Position numbers and translations under genes: made by a program
The notes under the pieces: generated by a model
The model's input: the letters and a program-made list of their open reading frames with translations, nothing else
Databases searched by the model: none
Told to the model about the DNA's origin: nothing
From: Catajapyx aquilonaris
Lineage: Eukaryota
Assembly: GCA_000934665.2 (NCBI GenBank)
Contig: KZ538148.1
Span: 62,001 to 126,000, forward strand
Reading direction: 5' to 3'
DNA length: 64,000 bases
Shown: positions 38,397 through 52,090 of the stretch, one piece after another
How the letters are laid out: every line of letters starts with the position of its first letter
Numbering within the stretch: position 1 is the stretch's first letter

Positions 38397-39996
38397 GCAA
38401 GAGGTGGCGTGGAAGGAATGGGAGGCAGAGAGAAAGCTGCACGGGAGGAAGAGGAAGAGGAGGGGCTATGCGGCACAACATTTCATCACTTAGGGGTGAA
38501 CTTCGAGAGGCTGCCATCAGTTCTTGCCTGGCCAAAGCATCCTAACAGGAAGAAGAGTCACAAAACTTGGGACACTCTGTCCAACCCATCCATTTCCTCA
38601 GCGCAACATGTAAAAGCGAACTGATGGCAACTACTCTACTTCTCCCATATATTGTACCCTTATTAAACAGATTCAGTAGTTTCGAATTAAGTCCAATTCT
38701 GCCGTCCCAAGTAAGAACGCAGTCACCGCCCTTTACTTGTACGGCAGTTACTGTGTTCTTGCTTGGGACGGCAGAATTCTGCATGCAAACTGGGGGGATT
38801 CAGACAGTTACTCACCAACAGTAATAATTAATGATTACTATTATATTCTCCAAGGGGTATAAATTTAGGGCTATCAATTTAGTCAGGTTAAGAAAGAGCA
38901 AAAAAAAAGGTAAGCAGAGGTGGAAAAAAAGAAGAGATAAAGGCCATTTCCCCTTTGCACTCAGGTAAAATGAAGAAAAAAACACGCACTGACTCACACT
39001 CACAACTTACATACATGATCAGAATGGGGGCTAGGAAAAACAAAAATCGTGAGGCAAGCGAGTCAAGTACAATCATTTCAATCAGCTCGGGAGAGCAAGA
39101 GAGAGAGAAAGTGAAAAAGAGTGAGAGAGAGAGAGAGAGAGAAAGTGAAGAGGAGAAGAGAAGGCCAGGGACTAACAAGTGAGTATACAAACAAGAAAGG
39201 AAAGTGATGGCTGGAAAAGATGAAGCACCCACAAACCAACATAAAACATAAAAAACACAAAAAAAAATCAAGGCAAGCGGAGTGGAAGGGAGGTAAGACA
39301 AGGCCCTGCAAAGGACCTGCAACTATACATATCAAGAGAGTGCTGTATCTCTTTGAATACTTTTAGGTGTTAACTTGAATGTGAACCCTTTCGTGGTCGT
39401 AGTTGATGAAGAAAAAAAAAATACATAAGTAACTTTCGTAGAGCACTGTGTAGGAACTCGCATCGTTCCCTCACGTCCTTTTTCATTCTTATCATGTTTT
39501 GCGTTCCTGGTCTTCCTTTGTGTTTGTCACATGAGTCTCCTCATCATCATTACGTTCCTAACACACTTTTTTCTTCTTTAACCCCATTTTTGCTTACCCT
39601 GCACCCTGTTTATCTGTCACCCTTACCCTATTCAAATATTGAGACTATTCAAACAGAAAGTGCCAATTGACTCCCGACACGAGATTTCTTTAGTAGGAAT
39701 ACGGCTTGACTGCTCGACATGAACGTCCACAAATCAAAAGAGCGCGACTTGCATCCTAGAGTCAGCAGGCCAGCCTGTAGAGAAATTCCTTGTAAGGTAC
39801 TCGACCATTTTATCCTGCCTTGACTTATTTTTAGCTTGTGTCTCCCCAAAAATCTGCCCCTCCCTGCCCCCTCCCCCGAGGATGTTGCTTGTTCGCCCAT
39901 AGGGTTTGTGTCTTTAGTGGACCTTGTGAAATCTTCATTGCTTATCTTAGCTTAGCAACTTGTACGGTTTCTTTTGTAGTTTCATTATCATTATTA

Positions 39997-40028
<32 letters not shown>

Positions 40029-40456
40029 TTAGAGTCCTAGACCATTCCACAGACACTCAAGGATTGTAAAAAGCAAAACATTAAGACACATAACACAAAC
40101 ATAACTGCAGAAGACAAATATTCAGTTAATGCAATGGTGTCTTCTTTTTTTAAAAGTGTTTTTTTTTTTTAATCCCACCCCAGACCCATGTCCACATGTC
40201 AATAACCTCAGATGGGAGATTTGGTTGTGAAAGGAGTGATTGAAAGGTTGGAGGTACTCCTTTATATCATAGATGTCCGTAAATAATCTTCCCATCTAGG
40301 GCATAAATTACAATCACAACAAGTTTGTATGGTTCACTGCAACCACAACTTATTATTACTATTATTATCATTATCGTTAGGGTTATTTTGTGCAGTAGCC
40401 ATATTTGATGAAAAAAAAAGGTAGATTTCTTACAAGTTGTTGATCTTATGTTTGAA

Positions 40457-40462
40457 AATAAA
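40457..40462 (+). terminator. Probable polyadenylation signal of hnRNP L (3'UTR ~38397-40480)
   Basis: AATAAA followed by a GT/T-rich element at ~40482-40494, just before the convergent gene. Confidence 0.55.
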
Positions 40463-40600
40463 AAGGATGAGCTGCCACGACTGTAGTTTCGTTTCCACCC
40501 TCTGCTGGTGTGAGAGTAATCCTTGGAGTAACCGCAAATACAAGACGGGGGGGAAAAAATAGTTTATGTCAGAGAGAAGGTTTATTGTCAGAAAGGCAAT

Positions 40601-40770
40601 CTAAGAGGCTTGGGCTGGTGGGTGTGGAGCAGCAGCAGCAGCAACTGCAGCAACAGCAGAGACATTATTGGCAGCCAATCCCCAAGAGTTGTTTATGGGA
40701 GGAGGAAAGCCATAAGGGGGCCTTCTTTTGCCTCTTCTGGTGGCTGTCTTTTTCAGCTCACGGTGCTTCC
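40601..40770 (-). CDS. stum: stum-like gene terminal exon (KHRELKKTATRR...AQAS*)
   Basis: ctttttag acceptor, phase-compatible with the upstream exon; TAG at 40601-40603. Confidence 0.7.
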
Positions 40771-41135
40771 CTAAAAAGGTAAGGTGTGACAATTTTTTCC
40801 CCTCCCCCATACCCACAACCATATTAACGCAGCTGTGCAAACTTTTGGCCACTGCCATCATAATACGCATTTAGCTGGCACTCATTGGCAAGTTTATTTG
40901 TGGGCATTGACCACAGCAGGTGGCCTACATTGGCCGGCTTGGTTGTAATTAGGCCACAACGGGAGGTTCGCTCAGTATTTATAGGGTGACGTGCGCAGCC
41001 GATTCGTCTTCATTATGCGCACGGTTGGATCTCCAACAGCAGCAGCACAATATCACTTTTTTTTTCTTTTTTTGCAAACACCATCCCATACCCCATCCCC
41101 GCCCTATCCGGACAGGAAGGAAAAATGCAGCTTAC

Positions 41136-41330
41136 ATGCGACCCGCAGCATAATGACGCCCCAGCCGATGCTCCATCCCCAGCCCACTAGGCAGAAGAGC
41201 ACGGTGAACAGCTGCATGGATCCGGTGATGAGGTTGACGCAGAGGGAACCGAACCGGGTTGCGAACCGGTCATGTTCGGTGAATCGGGCTTTCCCGAAGC
41301 AAAGGCACAGCAGTCCACTGGTGACCGTTC
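41136..41330 (-). CDS. stum: stum/SPEC3 transmembrane exon (TVTSGLLCLCFGKARF...QLFTVLFCLVGWGWSIGWGVIMLRVA)
   Basis: Own translation shows the SPEC3/stum VGW.WSI.WG motif; canonical splice sites. Confidence 0.92.
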
Positions 41331-41816
41331 CTGTGAAAGCCCAAAAAGCCAGCAGACAGGGAGGTTAAAAATGGAGTAGGGAGTCGAGGACAGGCCGTGG
41401 GAATCATCTGTCTAGCTGTCATACGGAATTTATTTCCGTCGCTGCAACTTTCAAGAGTTGTGGGCTCGGCCCATTTGACTCTGCGGACTTTTTCCGGGTT
41501 TCCCCCACCACTTCGGAGCCACTTGGAGTCCCTAACCCGCAATGCCGCCTGTGATTAACGAGCGTCGGAGGGAACGCCATTGGCTGCTGGGACACAAACC
41601 GGGAGATGATGACTCTCCCATCTCTCTTTCTCTCCCCCAAACCCTGCTCCTTTTTTTTTGGTTGGAACTCCCCCCATTTCTTTTTTTGTTTCGGGACAAT
41701 GCCAGCTTCCCTCCTACGAACAAAAGGATGGATCTGCACTAACCACCCTGCAGCCTTTGCCCCTTGCACTCCATGCATTCTACATAAATCCCTCCTGGGC
41801 CATGAGCTCAGCTTAC

Positions 41817-41940
41817 CTAATCCGGGTACCAAGACGTTTAAGAATAGGCACAAGTAGGCCAGCGGTACGGGCATGACCGGTATGGCTCCTCTCATGACGG
41901 AATGTCGTTCTACCAAGGACGCGTCTAGGACCACCTCCTC
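41817..41940 (-). CDS. stum: stum/SPEC3 exon (EEVVLDASL...RGAIPVMPVPLAYLCLFLNVLVPGL)
   Basis: AIP.MP..LA..C...N...PGLG motif; tag acceptor, GTAAGC donor. Confidence 0.92.
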
Positions 41941-41997
41941 CTACAATGAAGATGATATCTGAATGCCACGTGCCTAAGAAGAGTCAGAGGCACGCAC

Positions 41998-42323
41998 CTC
42001 TTTGTCGTCCTCGCTGTCTTTTGGTGCGAACAGCATTTGGAGCTGCTGTTGTTGAGCTGCCCTTCGAGCCAAAGCCTGCTGCTGCAGAAGGAGGGCTCGG
42101 GTACCGATGTTTCCCAGGCTGGTCCGTTTCGCCGGCTTCCCGGATGATGTCCGTGACCCTTGGCCCTCTTCTTGATCCTCTTCGTCCTCGTCTTCGTCTC
42201 CATCCCCACCGTCCCCCTCTTTTCCAGCACCAGATCCGCCCACCTTGGATGACCTGCGAAACGGTGATATCTTGTTCTTTCTATCGATTTTTGTGTCCCT
42301 TGCGAACTTTAAATGGCCCACGG
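41998..42323 (-). CDS. stum: stum-like exon, low-complexity acidic/Gln-rich region
   Basis: Open frame, GAG|GTGCGT donor, 57-nt intron in phase with the next exon. Confidence 0.7.
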
Positions 42324-42939
42324 CTGTAACTGGCTAATTGCGCAGCTGCACCCATACAACTCGATAATGCAGAAATAGATTTGGGAGGGCCTCGGGGCCA
42401 CGCGGCCCAATGTGCGCCTCTTGCTGTTCCTGTTACCTAATTAAAAGCCAGGCTTTACGGCACAAAGTCGACTGCATGCACCAGGAAAAAAAACGACGCG
42501 TTTTTTTCTCTCCGAATGACATGGACAAAGGGGATGCCTCATCACTGGGACATCAGGGCACAGTATCAAAAATGGGGGTCGTCAAATATTACGATGGGAA
42601 ACACTTTGTACAATGATAACATCGCATCGAGTACTTTTTATATACGCGTGTTACGGCCGTAAACTCTGCGGATTTAAGGAAATTATCAGATGATTGTAAC
42701 CTACAATCTGAGCGGTGGCGTAAGCAGGGGGAATGTGGGGTGGATGGCGTGCACAGGCCCAAAATAATTTTAAATCACATGTAGATAAATTGTCGTCGAG
42801 GGTATTCAAGTAGACAGGGAGTCATGGCCACTTTGCTCTTGTATACCAACAGTGACGGACACATGCCGATACACTCCACAATGGTGTCTCCATTGGGCGA
42901 TTCATTTTCTTGATAAAAGAGTCAGGGGCGCACTGTCAC

Positions 42940-43064
42940 CGACAACTGCTTTTAGCAGGCCCAGTGTGCATGAGAGCCTATCATATGCCTCTTTCCCCCT
43001 TTGAAAGTGGCTCTGGAGTGTGGTACGATGGCGTAGGTTTTGTTCATCCTGAAACGTTCTCTGC
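42940..43064 (-). CDS. stum: Probable stum-like exon (QRTFQDEQ...KEAYDRLSCTLG...)
   Basis: Phase-compatible with both neighbours and carries a YDRL motif; donor GTGACA is weak. Confidence 0.45.
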
Positions 43065-43387
43065 CTGCATGGCAAATGTTTGTCAGGCAGGAAGCACAGC
43101 CGGCAGGGGCAAGGAAACTGCCATGGTCCGCATTGGCTTGGAACAGGTGGTATGATGAATGGGTATGGGAGGAGAGGGTCGGAAGTCAATTCACTCATAT
43201 TAGGCACTTGCATTGATTCCTTGTGTAGACCAAGACAGCCGAGTCTATTTTATGGGTTTCAGACACTGAAGAAAATGTTCATGTGCAGCCAGCCCATGAT
43301 CTGGCAATGACCAGTGAGGAATATATGACGTAAACATATCAAATAAGCACATTCCTATCAGCTAGCACTTTTAGACTTTTTCGAGAG

Positions 43388-43683
43388 AAAACAGTCTTAT
43401 AGAACGGCTCTGTCTGTCTGTTTGTGGACAGGTATCAGACAGACACAGCCGTGCTATAAGACTTTTTTTCGATTTTCGGGTTCCGGGTTCACTCTATCCG
43501 CCCCTTCCCCCTGGCTGCCCCCTACCCCTGACCGCCCATTTCCCCCAGAGCGGCCCTTTCCCCTGACCTCTCAGTCCCCCCGCCTCCAGATCACCCTTTT
43601 CCCCCTCCCTCCTCCTACCCCATGATACATGATACCTGTCCACAGACAGACGGACGGACAGAGCCGTGCTATAAGACTTTTTC
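43388..43683. mobile_element. Inverted-repeat element with (CTGT)n, MITE or Helentron-associated-like
   Basis: agtcttatagaacggctctgtc at the left end versus gacagagccgtgctataagact at the right end, plus an internal partial copy. Confidence 0.55.
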
Positions 43684-44073
43684 CGAAAGATGGGTTTGCT
43701 AGGAGATATTTTTTAAAGGGGAAAGGGGCGGTCTTGGGGTAGGAGGACGGAAGGGAAAAAGGGTAAGTCCACTTTTGGCCGAAAATGAGTTATGGGTGGT
43801 TTCAGTCCCAGTCCCGTGACGGACGTTGAGGACAATAGCAGTAAACATGGAATAGTCTACTCTAGTCACGCTCACGTGATTTTCCTATCTTGTTTCTCAT
43901 TGAGTACAGTATTTATGTTCGGAAAATTGTTCTGGCATTATATCTGGGGGAAATGCATTCAAGATCATCCCACCTTTAATGGTTAAGGTTTCTCAGCTTG
44001 ATGATGGTTGTGGCGCCTTCAACACCACCATTGAATCTCCATTTTGGAATTCATTTTGGCGTTTGTTGAGTTT

Positions 44074-44325
44074 GGATTAGTGACTCATGGATACCTTTTA
44101 AGTCAATCATAATGATTTATGTCAGCATAAATTTCACGTTTATTTGCAATATTGAAGCTTCGAGTTTTGATTTTTGAGATTTTCTAACGGTATACGCTTC
44201 AGTATGAGCCGTAACCTCTCTTTTTACGGCTCATACTGTAACGTATTACAAATAAACATACGAAATTTATGCCGACATAAATCATTATGATTGACTTTAA
44301 AGGCATCCGTGGAGTCACTAATCGG
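44074..44325. mobile_element. Palindromic MITE
   Basis: Near-complete inverted repeat centred at ~44220. Confidence 0.65.
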
Positions 44326-45023
44326 ATTACAAACTCGCTCGTGAAGGATGTGATCCCGCTCTAATCCTTTGCGATATTAGAAACTAACTTTAAACGCCTT
44401 ATTTTAAAACACTATTTACACGTCTACTATACCAGCCTTTCCATTGCGCTAGTGTCGGAATTACTAGCAAGTGCACAGTATTTCAACGTGGTTTCTAGGG
44501 GCCACGTCTTAGGAAGCAAATGATATTTCTTGCACTTTCAGTTAAGCTGCCTTAGTGCCAGGCTCGAGGGTACTTTCCTGGAATGTGCAGTAGCCTACTT
44601 TACTAGGTTTCTATAGGATGCTGCAGTGGCGTTATTTTAAGAGCTGAAATACTCGTGTCAACAAATCTTTCCATTCTGATTAGCTCGTGTCTAATTGCGC
44701 ATAGTTAATACCTCTTTACACAGTGGAATGATACACCTCGGAGATTAACTCTTTATTGAAGTTGAGAGAGTAGTATTTACATTGAGACTGTAATGCTTCA
44801 CTTTCAGATCTACGTCTCTCTAATATATATTTAGCCGTGCCCGTAATTTGCAAATTATTAAAGAGAGCTGTGGTCTCAAATTCATGAGAGAGGTAGAAGG
44901 ATGCTTTAAGACTTTATGTGATGTATTATTGTGCAAAATAACGTGTATTGGCAAAATTGAACGTTAGCAGTTTTAGGATTTCACCTGAAGTTACTTTTGT
45001 GTAGCTTGTTGCGCCCCGAAATA

Positions 45024-45602
45024 CAGGGGTTGAGCAAAATAATAGGGCCCCCTGCAAAACGCGGTTGAAAATTCACGTCTGTTTTATTCGAACTAAAAGT
45101 TACAAAGATTACTTTTAACGACTTTTGAAGCCCTGTCGATGTACATTTGTCGAGGTATGCAGATTGAACTTTACTGGGTTTTGAAGCTCTATCGATGTCA
45201 CTTTGTGTGGTACCGGTATACATATTGACCAAAATTGCGGACAGGAGGAGGGGGTGGGGATGGGGGAATAGAAGCGACACCCCCCTTCCCCGGCACTGGT
45301 TTAAAGAATAGGATGAGTCTACAGTGGGTTGGTCAAAATAATTGATTTTTGAGCCATCTGTATACCACATTGTGACATCGATAGAGCTACAAAACCCAGT
45401 GAAGATAATTTCAGCAACTGGTTTTTTTATTAAATATTATTCCTATTCTTTCAGTAAAGCAGTGCCAGGGAGGGGAGTGTCGTTTCTCTTTTTCACCCGC
45501 CCCCACGCGTGATTATTGGTCCATCTGTACACCACACAAGGTGCTGGCATAGATAGAGCTTCAAAACCCAAGTTCATATCTCTGTATTTTGTACAACCCC
45601 TG
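45024..45602. mobile_element. Tc1/mariner-type MITE
   Basis: TA|caggggttgagcaaaat ... attttgtacaacccctg|TA with internal inverted subrepeats. Confidence 0.7.
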
Positions 45603-46806
45603 TATGTGCCCTATCGTATACTACTGTAGCAGGTGCTATATTTCGACCACACCTGGGAATAATTGGGCTGCGCTGGCTGATGGTGTTAGTGGTTTATTTT
45701 GCTTTTAGTGGTCAGCTGTCATGAATTGTGACATAAAATGACTATACGATTTGCAAAAGTGCTTATGATGTCGAAGCGCCTAGGTGACAAGAGACGGTGT
45801 TTCGCTATTGATTTATTATTATTATTATTTTACAGGTTTTGGTTTTGAATGTTTTCTAGACCATTTTTATAATTTTACCGTACAGACGCAATGCAAGCTT
45901 CAGTTCGCGTGAGTCTGTGTGTGAAATGCCTTATGTTAAAATAACCCTCCTGAATAAACTTCTCGTTTAGCTCGACACTTTTAGGTAAATGTTTTTTCTT
46001 AATAAATTACGGTACACTTCCAACGTGTCGTTATCAGTTACTTTAGTATAGTTACTTTTAGTAGTTATAAAAAGTATGAACTGCTAATATTAGGTCGAAT
46101 TGAATCACTATTTAAGCTCTGAATAATCAAACGTAACTGATACTGTAGAACCCATTTTTGCAGGCTTCAAAAGTAATATACATTTGATAAGACCTAAACG
46201 ATGCTTAAAAAGCAGCTTATTGCCAAAAATGTGCTAACCACCTGATTCATCCATTACTGTAGTGAGCTTTTACCACCACCCATCCTTATTAGCCGATTCA
46301 ACCGATTGTACCACCTTCCTTCCCCTCAAGGCCTAAATAGACAACCCCGATGTTTAAAATCAGTGCCGTAAAAGCAACGTAGAACCATCACTCTTTCCGT
46401 AAATAAATATGGGAAACATTAGCCATATGACACCACCGGAAATGCAAGTTCGAACCACAAACGTGGCGAAAAAAAGAAGTACATTATAGTCTAGTTACTG
46501 ATGCACATCAGCAACGCCCATCCCCATTGTGAACAACCTGCATATCAAGTCATCATAAGTCGAGCATGGCTTTAGCACCGTGAAATTCAAAGCTGGTTTT
46601 TCCCCGCCGCGGCAGCTGCCAGGAACAGGTGCGGCCAGGAAATGAATGGACAGCCTTCCCGGTTGATGTATGCAGCTTCTTGTAGCCCGAGACGGATGTT
46701 TCTAAACACGCGCTATCGATGAGACAGCTCAGGCCTCCAGGGTATTATTAATGGATAATGCACACCTCATTCACTCGGTACTGGATTAATATTGTAGTCA
46801 CCACAC

Positions 46807-47019
46807 CTTGATTCATGGCCGACGTTGCGTGCATTCTCGTCCCGGTGGTGCTCCAAATGACTGCCATCTAAAAGGTGGTCCCGGTCCTTCTTCTTGCCCT
46901 TCTTGCCCTTCTTCTTACTCTTGTCTTCCTTGATTGGTCGACGTGGAGGATTCCTAGCGTTGCTTCTGCCGACGTTGTGGTACAGACGGTCGTACACCGA
47001 CATGCGTGTGGATGTTGAC
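46807..47019 (-). CDS. stum: Probable stum-like exon (STSTRMSVYDRLYHNVGR...)
   Basis: cag acceptor, 56-nt upstream intron in phase; repeats the SVYDRLYHNV motif. Confidence 0.65.
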
Positions 47020-47075
47020 CTGCGTTACAAGCACATGGCAGTATATAATTGGGTCCAAATTAACAGCGAGCGAAC

Positions 47076-47722
47076 CTTTCTTCTTCCTCTTCGGCCACAT
47101 CCACGTCGTCGTCGTCGTCATCTTCCTCGTCATCCTCTTTGGACGGTCGAGGACGAGGTGCGGGGGTGACGTTATGGTACAGGCGGTCGTACACTGACAT
47201 CCGGCTCTTCTTGGTCGTTTCTTCCGTGTCGGATACGTCCCCTGGCTTCTTCTTGCTGGTGTGGTGTCTAGGAGTGGCGCTCTTGTTGCCTTCCAAGTCG
47301 CCCACGGCCAAGGTCACCTTCTTCTTTGGTTTGCTTCCGGCCTCCTCGCCAGGTTGATGAGCCGAGTCCTCCACCACAACCATGACCCCGATGGCCTCGG
47401 CCGGGTACACTTTATGGTGCTTCCGATGACTAGCGTCGGAGTAGAGCCTGTCAAACACGCTGGTGCGGGGTTTCTCCGTCTGCTGAGCCGGTTCTGGAGG
47501 TACAGACTGCTCTGGTTCGGAACTCTGCTGGCGACAGTCGGTGACAACATCATCATCTGAATCGTGGCTTCCTGGCGAATCCGGAGGTTCAGAAGGAGCT
47601 TCTTTGGAAGAACTGCTGACTTGTGCTAAGGGCGCTTTTGGTTCCGCCACTTGGTCCTGCACCTCCTCAGAAGCGTCCTCTTCAGTCCTTAGCTCCATCC
47701 CGACCTCTACGTCTGATTCAGA
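47076..47722 (-). CDS. stum: Probable stum-like N-terminal exon, acidic/disordered, with SVFDRLY and SVYDRLY repeats
   Basis: 212-aa ORF with coding-like composition; 5' boundary uncertain (ATG at 47698 or acceptor near 47722); linkage to stum is inferred from splice phases. Confidence 0.65.
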
Positions 47723-50697
47723 CTACACCAGGCCTGTTTGTGTGCCAATACGCGATTAATCTGGCTCTTGTGGCAGAGTGGAAGCAGCACAAGAGCGGAA
47801 CGAAGGCCCCGTGACGGCCCCATCATGCAAGCACTGTACTTGCATCCAGCTGCGGCGAAGGGATCCAACTGCATGGATGATGGATGGGAGTTTTGGAAAC
47901 AAGGGTTTAAACTGGCACTACCAGGCCAAAAGCCAGACCAGCCCACATTCCGAAGGCCGTTGCTTACCTGGCTGGGCTCACCTGGATGGATGGAGATTGG
48001 CCCTTCCTGCCCCCCAGCACTTCCGGTGCACGTCAATCGCTCTCCTTCATTTCCCCCTCCTCTTCACCTCACACCTTTCTATCGTGCTAGGTTATTTGCG
48101 CCAAAGTTCATTCCCAATCATGGCAGAGAAAAAAAAAGAGGTCAGCATGGTTGTTGCATTGGCTGGATTCTAAGTCGCGGTGGTGCGCAAAGTCCCGGGG
48201 CGACCATTTTGTGACGGGAAGCGCGACAAATGTTATACAGAAAATTACACGGAGAACTCGCCGCCGGCTCTTGCAGGCAACGAGAAAACTTTGCCCATTC
48301 CCCCCCATCTCGTTTTTTTTTTTTTTATTCGTACTGGAGACATATCGAATGGTGTCCCCGGGCTTGACGTCGTTAAACGGGTGCACTTTCCCAGGGTTTT
48401 ACCCAGTTTATTCAACAATGCAACTTTTGCGTGGGATGATAGGATTGCTTTAACTGCTTTTGTGCATATTTGGACTGCTAACTTGCCAACGGCTTTGAAT
48501 AAGTGGGGTTCAAAATAATGTTGTGCTGTGCTGAGCAGGTTGATATGCCTCAGGCGTCAGGTATGCAGCATGCGTAGAGTAGCCGAGTTCTGTACTGTAC
48601 AATCCAGCTTCCAACAACAATATAGTGTATTATTTTAATACTGCACCAAAATTAAAGTGAAGCTCGTAGGTTTCAGCCTATTTTATAAAATCAACTGGAG
48701 AATGGTTATGGAAATGTTACCCGCCAAAAAAAAAAGGTACTGGTACATCCCTGGAATTTGTCATGTTCACTGATAAAAGGTATTTGCGTGTTTTGAACCC
48801 CCTTCACATCTCGTATAGTTATGTGGGGGATTAATTAAAATGCCCCCGATCCCAGCAGCGGGGTATAAAGCGTAATTAGGGCAGGCCAATCGAATATCCC
48901 GCACATTGTCACGAGCCTGCTCTCGTCTTTCCTTTCCATTTGGAGGGTACTCAAGATATGCATGCACTATAGTACAGTGTAGGTTTTATCAATACATATA
49001 TATAGTGTATGAATATAATGCACTGGGTGGGATTTTGAAAAGAAACCACAACAAAGAGTGCGGTGTATCAGGCTTATTATGTATGTGCGGCTGACATACC
49101 CACCAGAGGACTAATGGCCAACATGAGTAATTGGTACTGACATAATATGCATAATATGTTAGTGGGTAAGAGAGTGTATTATAGGATATTGCGTTGTAGT
49201 TGATAAAAATCCGATAATTTCAGGCGTGCTTTTCAAAGTAATTGCTTAAAATACAGAGGGTATTATAGCCTGCATCGAAAGAAAATCTGCGCTTATGGTG
49301 TACAAAGGGGTTACTATGACATATTAGCTATCTTCAAAGCATATTTCTGGATGTTTTTTTCCCCCTTTGATGTCGGTCGGGACGTAAACCGGATACATAA
49401 TCGGCGAGCAGGGGGGAAGCTTTTTGATCCCGAAAAGCTGCTGCCCCTAGGGCACAACCATGCATCAGCATATGTGTGCAATGTAATGAGTGCTGTGAAG
49501 TCAAGTCCCGGCACAAAGGCTTCACTTATGGACGAACAGACGCGGTCAGGAATGGATCGACCTTCACTCGGTCGCCTTTGCAATTGATTGATTGCCTCTC
49601 AACCTTTCATTAACATGCCTATCTCCGCCCTAGATCGGTGTATACCCAAACTTTGCTCCAAGTCTATAGACTTTGCCAAGTACCTTCCGTAAAAAGTTCC
49701 TTATTTTTTCAAATACCTTGATGTTGAAGGTACATTATTATTATGTAATATTGTTGTTGGTGGTGTCGTTGTTGACTCCAGATATAGCATCCTCTGGTAT
49801 AACAAACTCACTGTTATAACAGACTCGAAGACCAGTGAAGTAGGTAAAATATTATCTGCAAATACGAGACAAGAAATTATGCGATTACTGCGTCATCCAT
49901 TAGTCGCATCTGTAAAATTTTGAAATATTAGGTTACATCTCAGTCATATACGTAAGTTGGCGAGTAATGTAACACATTCCTGTAGCGAAAGTCTCGCCAT
50001 TGCGAGAAAATTCTCCGCGCCAAACTGCTCAAGTCCACACAACAATATGTAGATTGTTACTTCAGCCACCAGTTTAAATATAGAGACAACAATGACTACA
50101 AGTGCATGCAGTCTTGATAAGTGCAATAAAGCAACATATTAAATTGGTTGCTGCAGTAAGCAATCCATTCCCCCCCCCTNCCCCCCCAATCTCTCTTATT
50201 ATCATGAACCTCAGATGCAGGACAGAGCTCCTGTTCACATAAACCGCCTGGAGGAGGAGCAAGAAATACAGAGAAGAACGCTCGAAGGAATATTGCAACA
50301 CCATCATCACCGCCATATACCTAGCAGAATCTACTCTCTACATCTCGTATGTGCGATTATGCAGATTAACTTTTTTCATATAATGCGTGTTGTGCCCGTA
50401 TCTGTGGATCGGAAAAAACAAAAACAAGCTTGCTAATAAAGAACCTTAATTATCCCTCAATAAATTCTTCCTTGTTGAGATTCCAGGTCAATTACGAGTA
50501 ATTACGGTGTGCAGAAGGGAAGTTGGCCAGGTCTTCAGTATATTATGAAGGAAATTTAGAATGAAAAAGGCTTCAATTTTATAGCATGTGATTGCCTCTA
50601 AACATTAAAATACGTTACTCAAGTATTCGTTCGAGTTAAACATTTTAACTTGACTGTCATGGAGTTTTATGCAGAGAAAAACATGTCAAAATTGTCG

Positions 50698-51895
50698 AAT
50701 TTTTTTTGGAAATTTTTAAGACACCTGCTTAATGGGAGGGGGCGGTACCTTTTTTCGAAGAAAAAAGTCAAAGAAATAAAAAGTCAATAAAATGATCAAG
50801 TGGCTTCGCTTGTGTTGTCCATCCCGGCAGCCCCCACCCTACACACCCCATTGTCCCTACATTTGTCTTATACCAGGGAGTTCCATTCTCAAACCTATCA
50901 CCCCTCCAAATATTTAAACCTACAATTTAAACTATAGATCCAATAAATTCACCAGCACATGCAAATTAATCAGCACACTTTTTAGGGCATTTCCAATGGT
51001 TTGTTGCAGCCTAACCTTTGACCTGAAAGGCCCTAATATTAGGTTTTTGGTCTCTGGCCAGGCCCTACCTCGGTCTCCATCTGTCGGGTCTCTCGTAATG
51101 AGACTGTACAGAGCACAGTACATATATATACAGTCAAGAGCTAATGATACAGTATATCTCTCCATGTGACCAAGGATGCCCCAGTATGAATGTGACGTAG
51201 GCGAGTGGTCACCTCTTGGGGTCATCAGGACGGACATTCGGCATCGCCGTTTCGTGGCATTGCTCTATGGATTAATAAAATAATAAATCCCCATCCGCTT
51301 CTGCTGTGGGTGGAGATGCGCAGATCGTTCGACGCGGTTTTAGATAGGCAAATTCTCGTGTCGGCCTGGTCACCTTCCTGTCTCTTTCACCTTACATATT
51401 CCCCCCTTTCCACCCCCGCCCCGCTAGTATGCTAGTATAGGTTAGGGGCATCCTTGTTCACATGGAGATATATACTGTATATCTATGTACTGTGCTCTGT
51501 ACAGTCTCATTACGAGAGACCCGACAGATGGAGACCGAGGTAGGGCCTGGCCCGAGACCAAAAACCTAATATTAGGGCCTTTCAGGTCAAAGGTCAGGCT
51601 GCAACAAACCATTGGAAATGCCCTAAAAAGTGTGCTGATTAATTTGCATGTGCTGGTGAATTTATTGGATCTATAATTTAAATTGTAGGTTTAAATATTT
51701 GGAAGGGTGATAGGTTTGAGAATGGAACTCCCTGGTATAAGACAAATGTATAGGGACAATGGGCGTGTGTAGGGTGGGGGCTGCCGGGATGGACAACACA
51801 AGCGAAGCCACTTGATCATTTTATTGACTTTTTTCTTCGAAAAAAGTTACCGCCCCCTCCCATTAAGCAGGTGTCTTAAAAATTTCCAAAAAATT
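50698..51895. mobile_element. Foldback element with ~470-bp near-identical inverted arms
   Basis: 50698-51182 is the reverse complement of 51445-51895; explains the mirrored ORFs 50932-51237 and 51485-51676. Confidence 0.85.
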
Positions 51896-52090
51896 TCCCC
51901 TCCCCCCCCCCCTTTCCTCCCCCTCCACCCCGAGAGTGGGATGTCACAACTGTACCTTGTTTTTAAACCTATGTGCTAAACCAATTTTCTGTTTCAAAAG
52001 AACGGGCATTACTCTTCTAGCAATCTAGCATGATGAGCAAAAACTGCTTATTCCATACAATCATTCAAGGATGTCATTGCTATGAACATT

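Noticed and set aside
50200..50330. Exon-like segment upstream of the stum-like gene
   Set aside because: Several frames are open on both strands and it could not be linked to a gene model.
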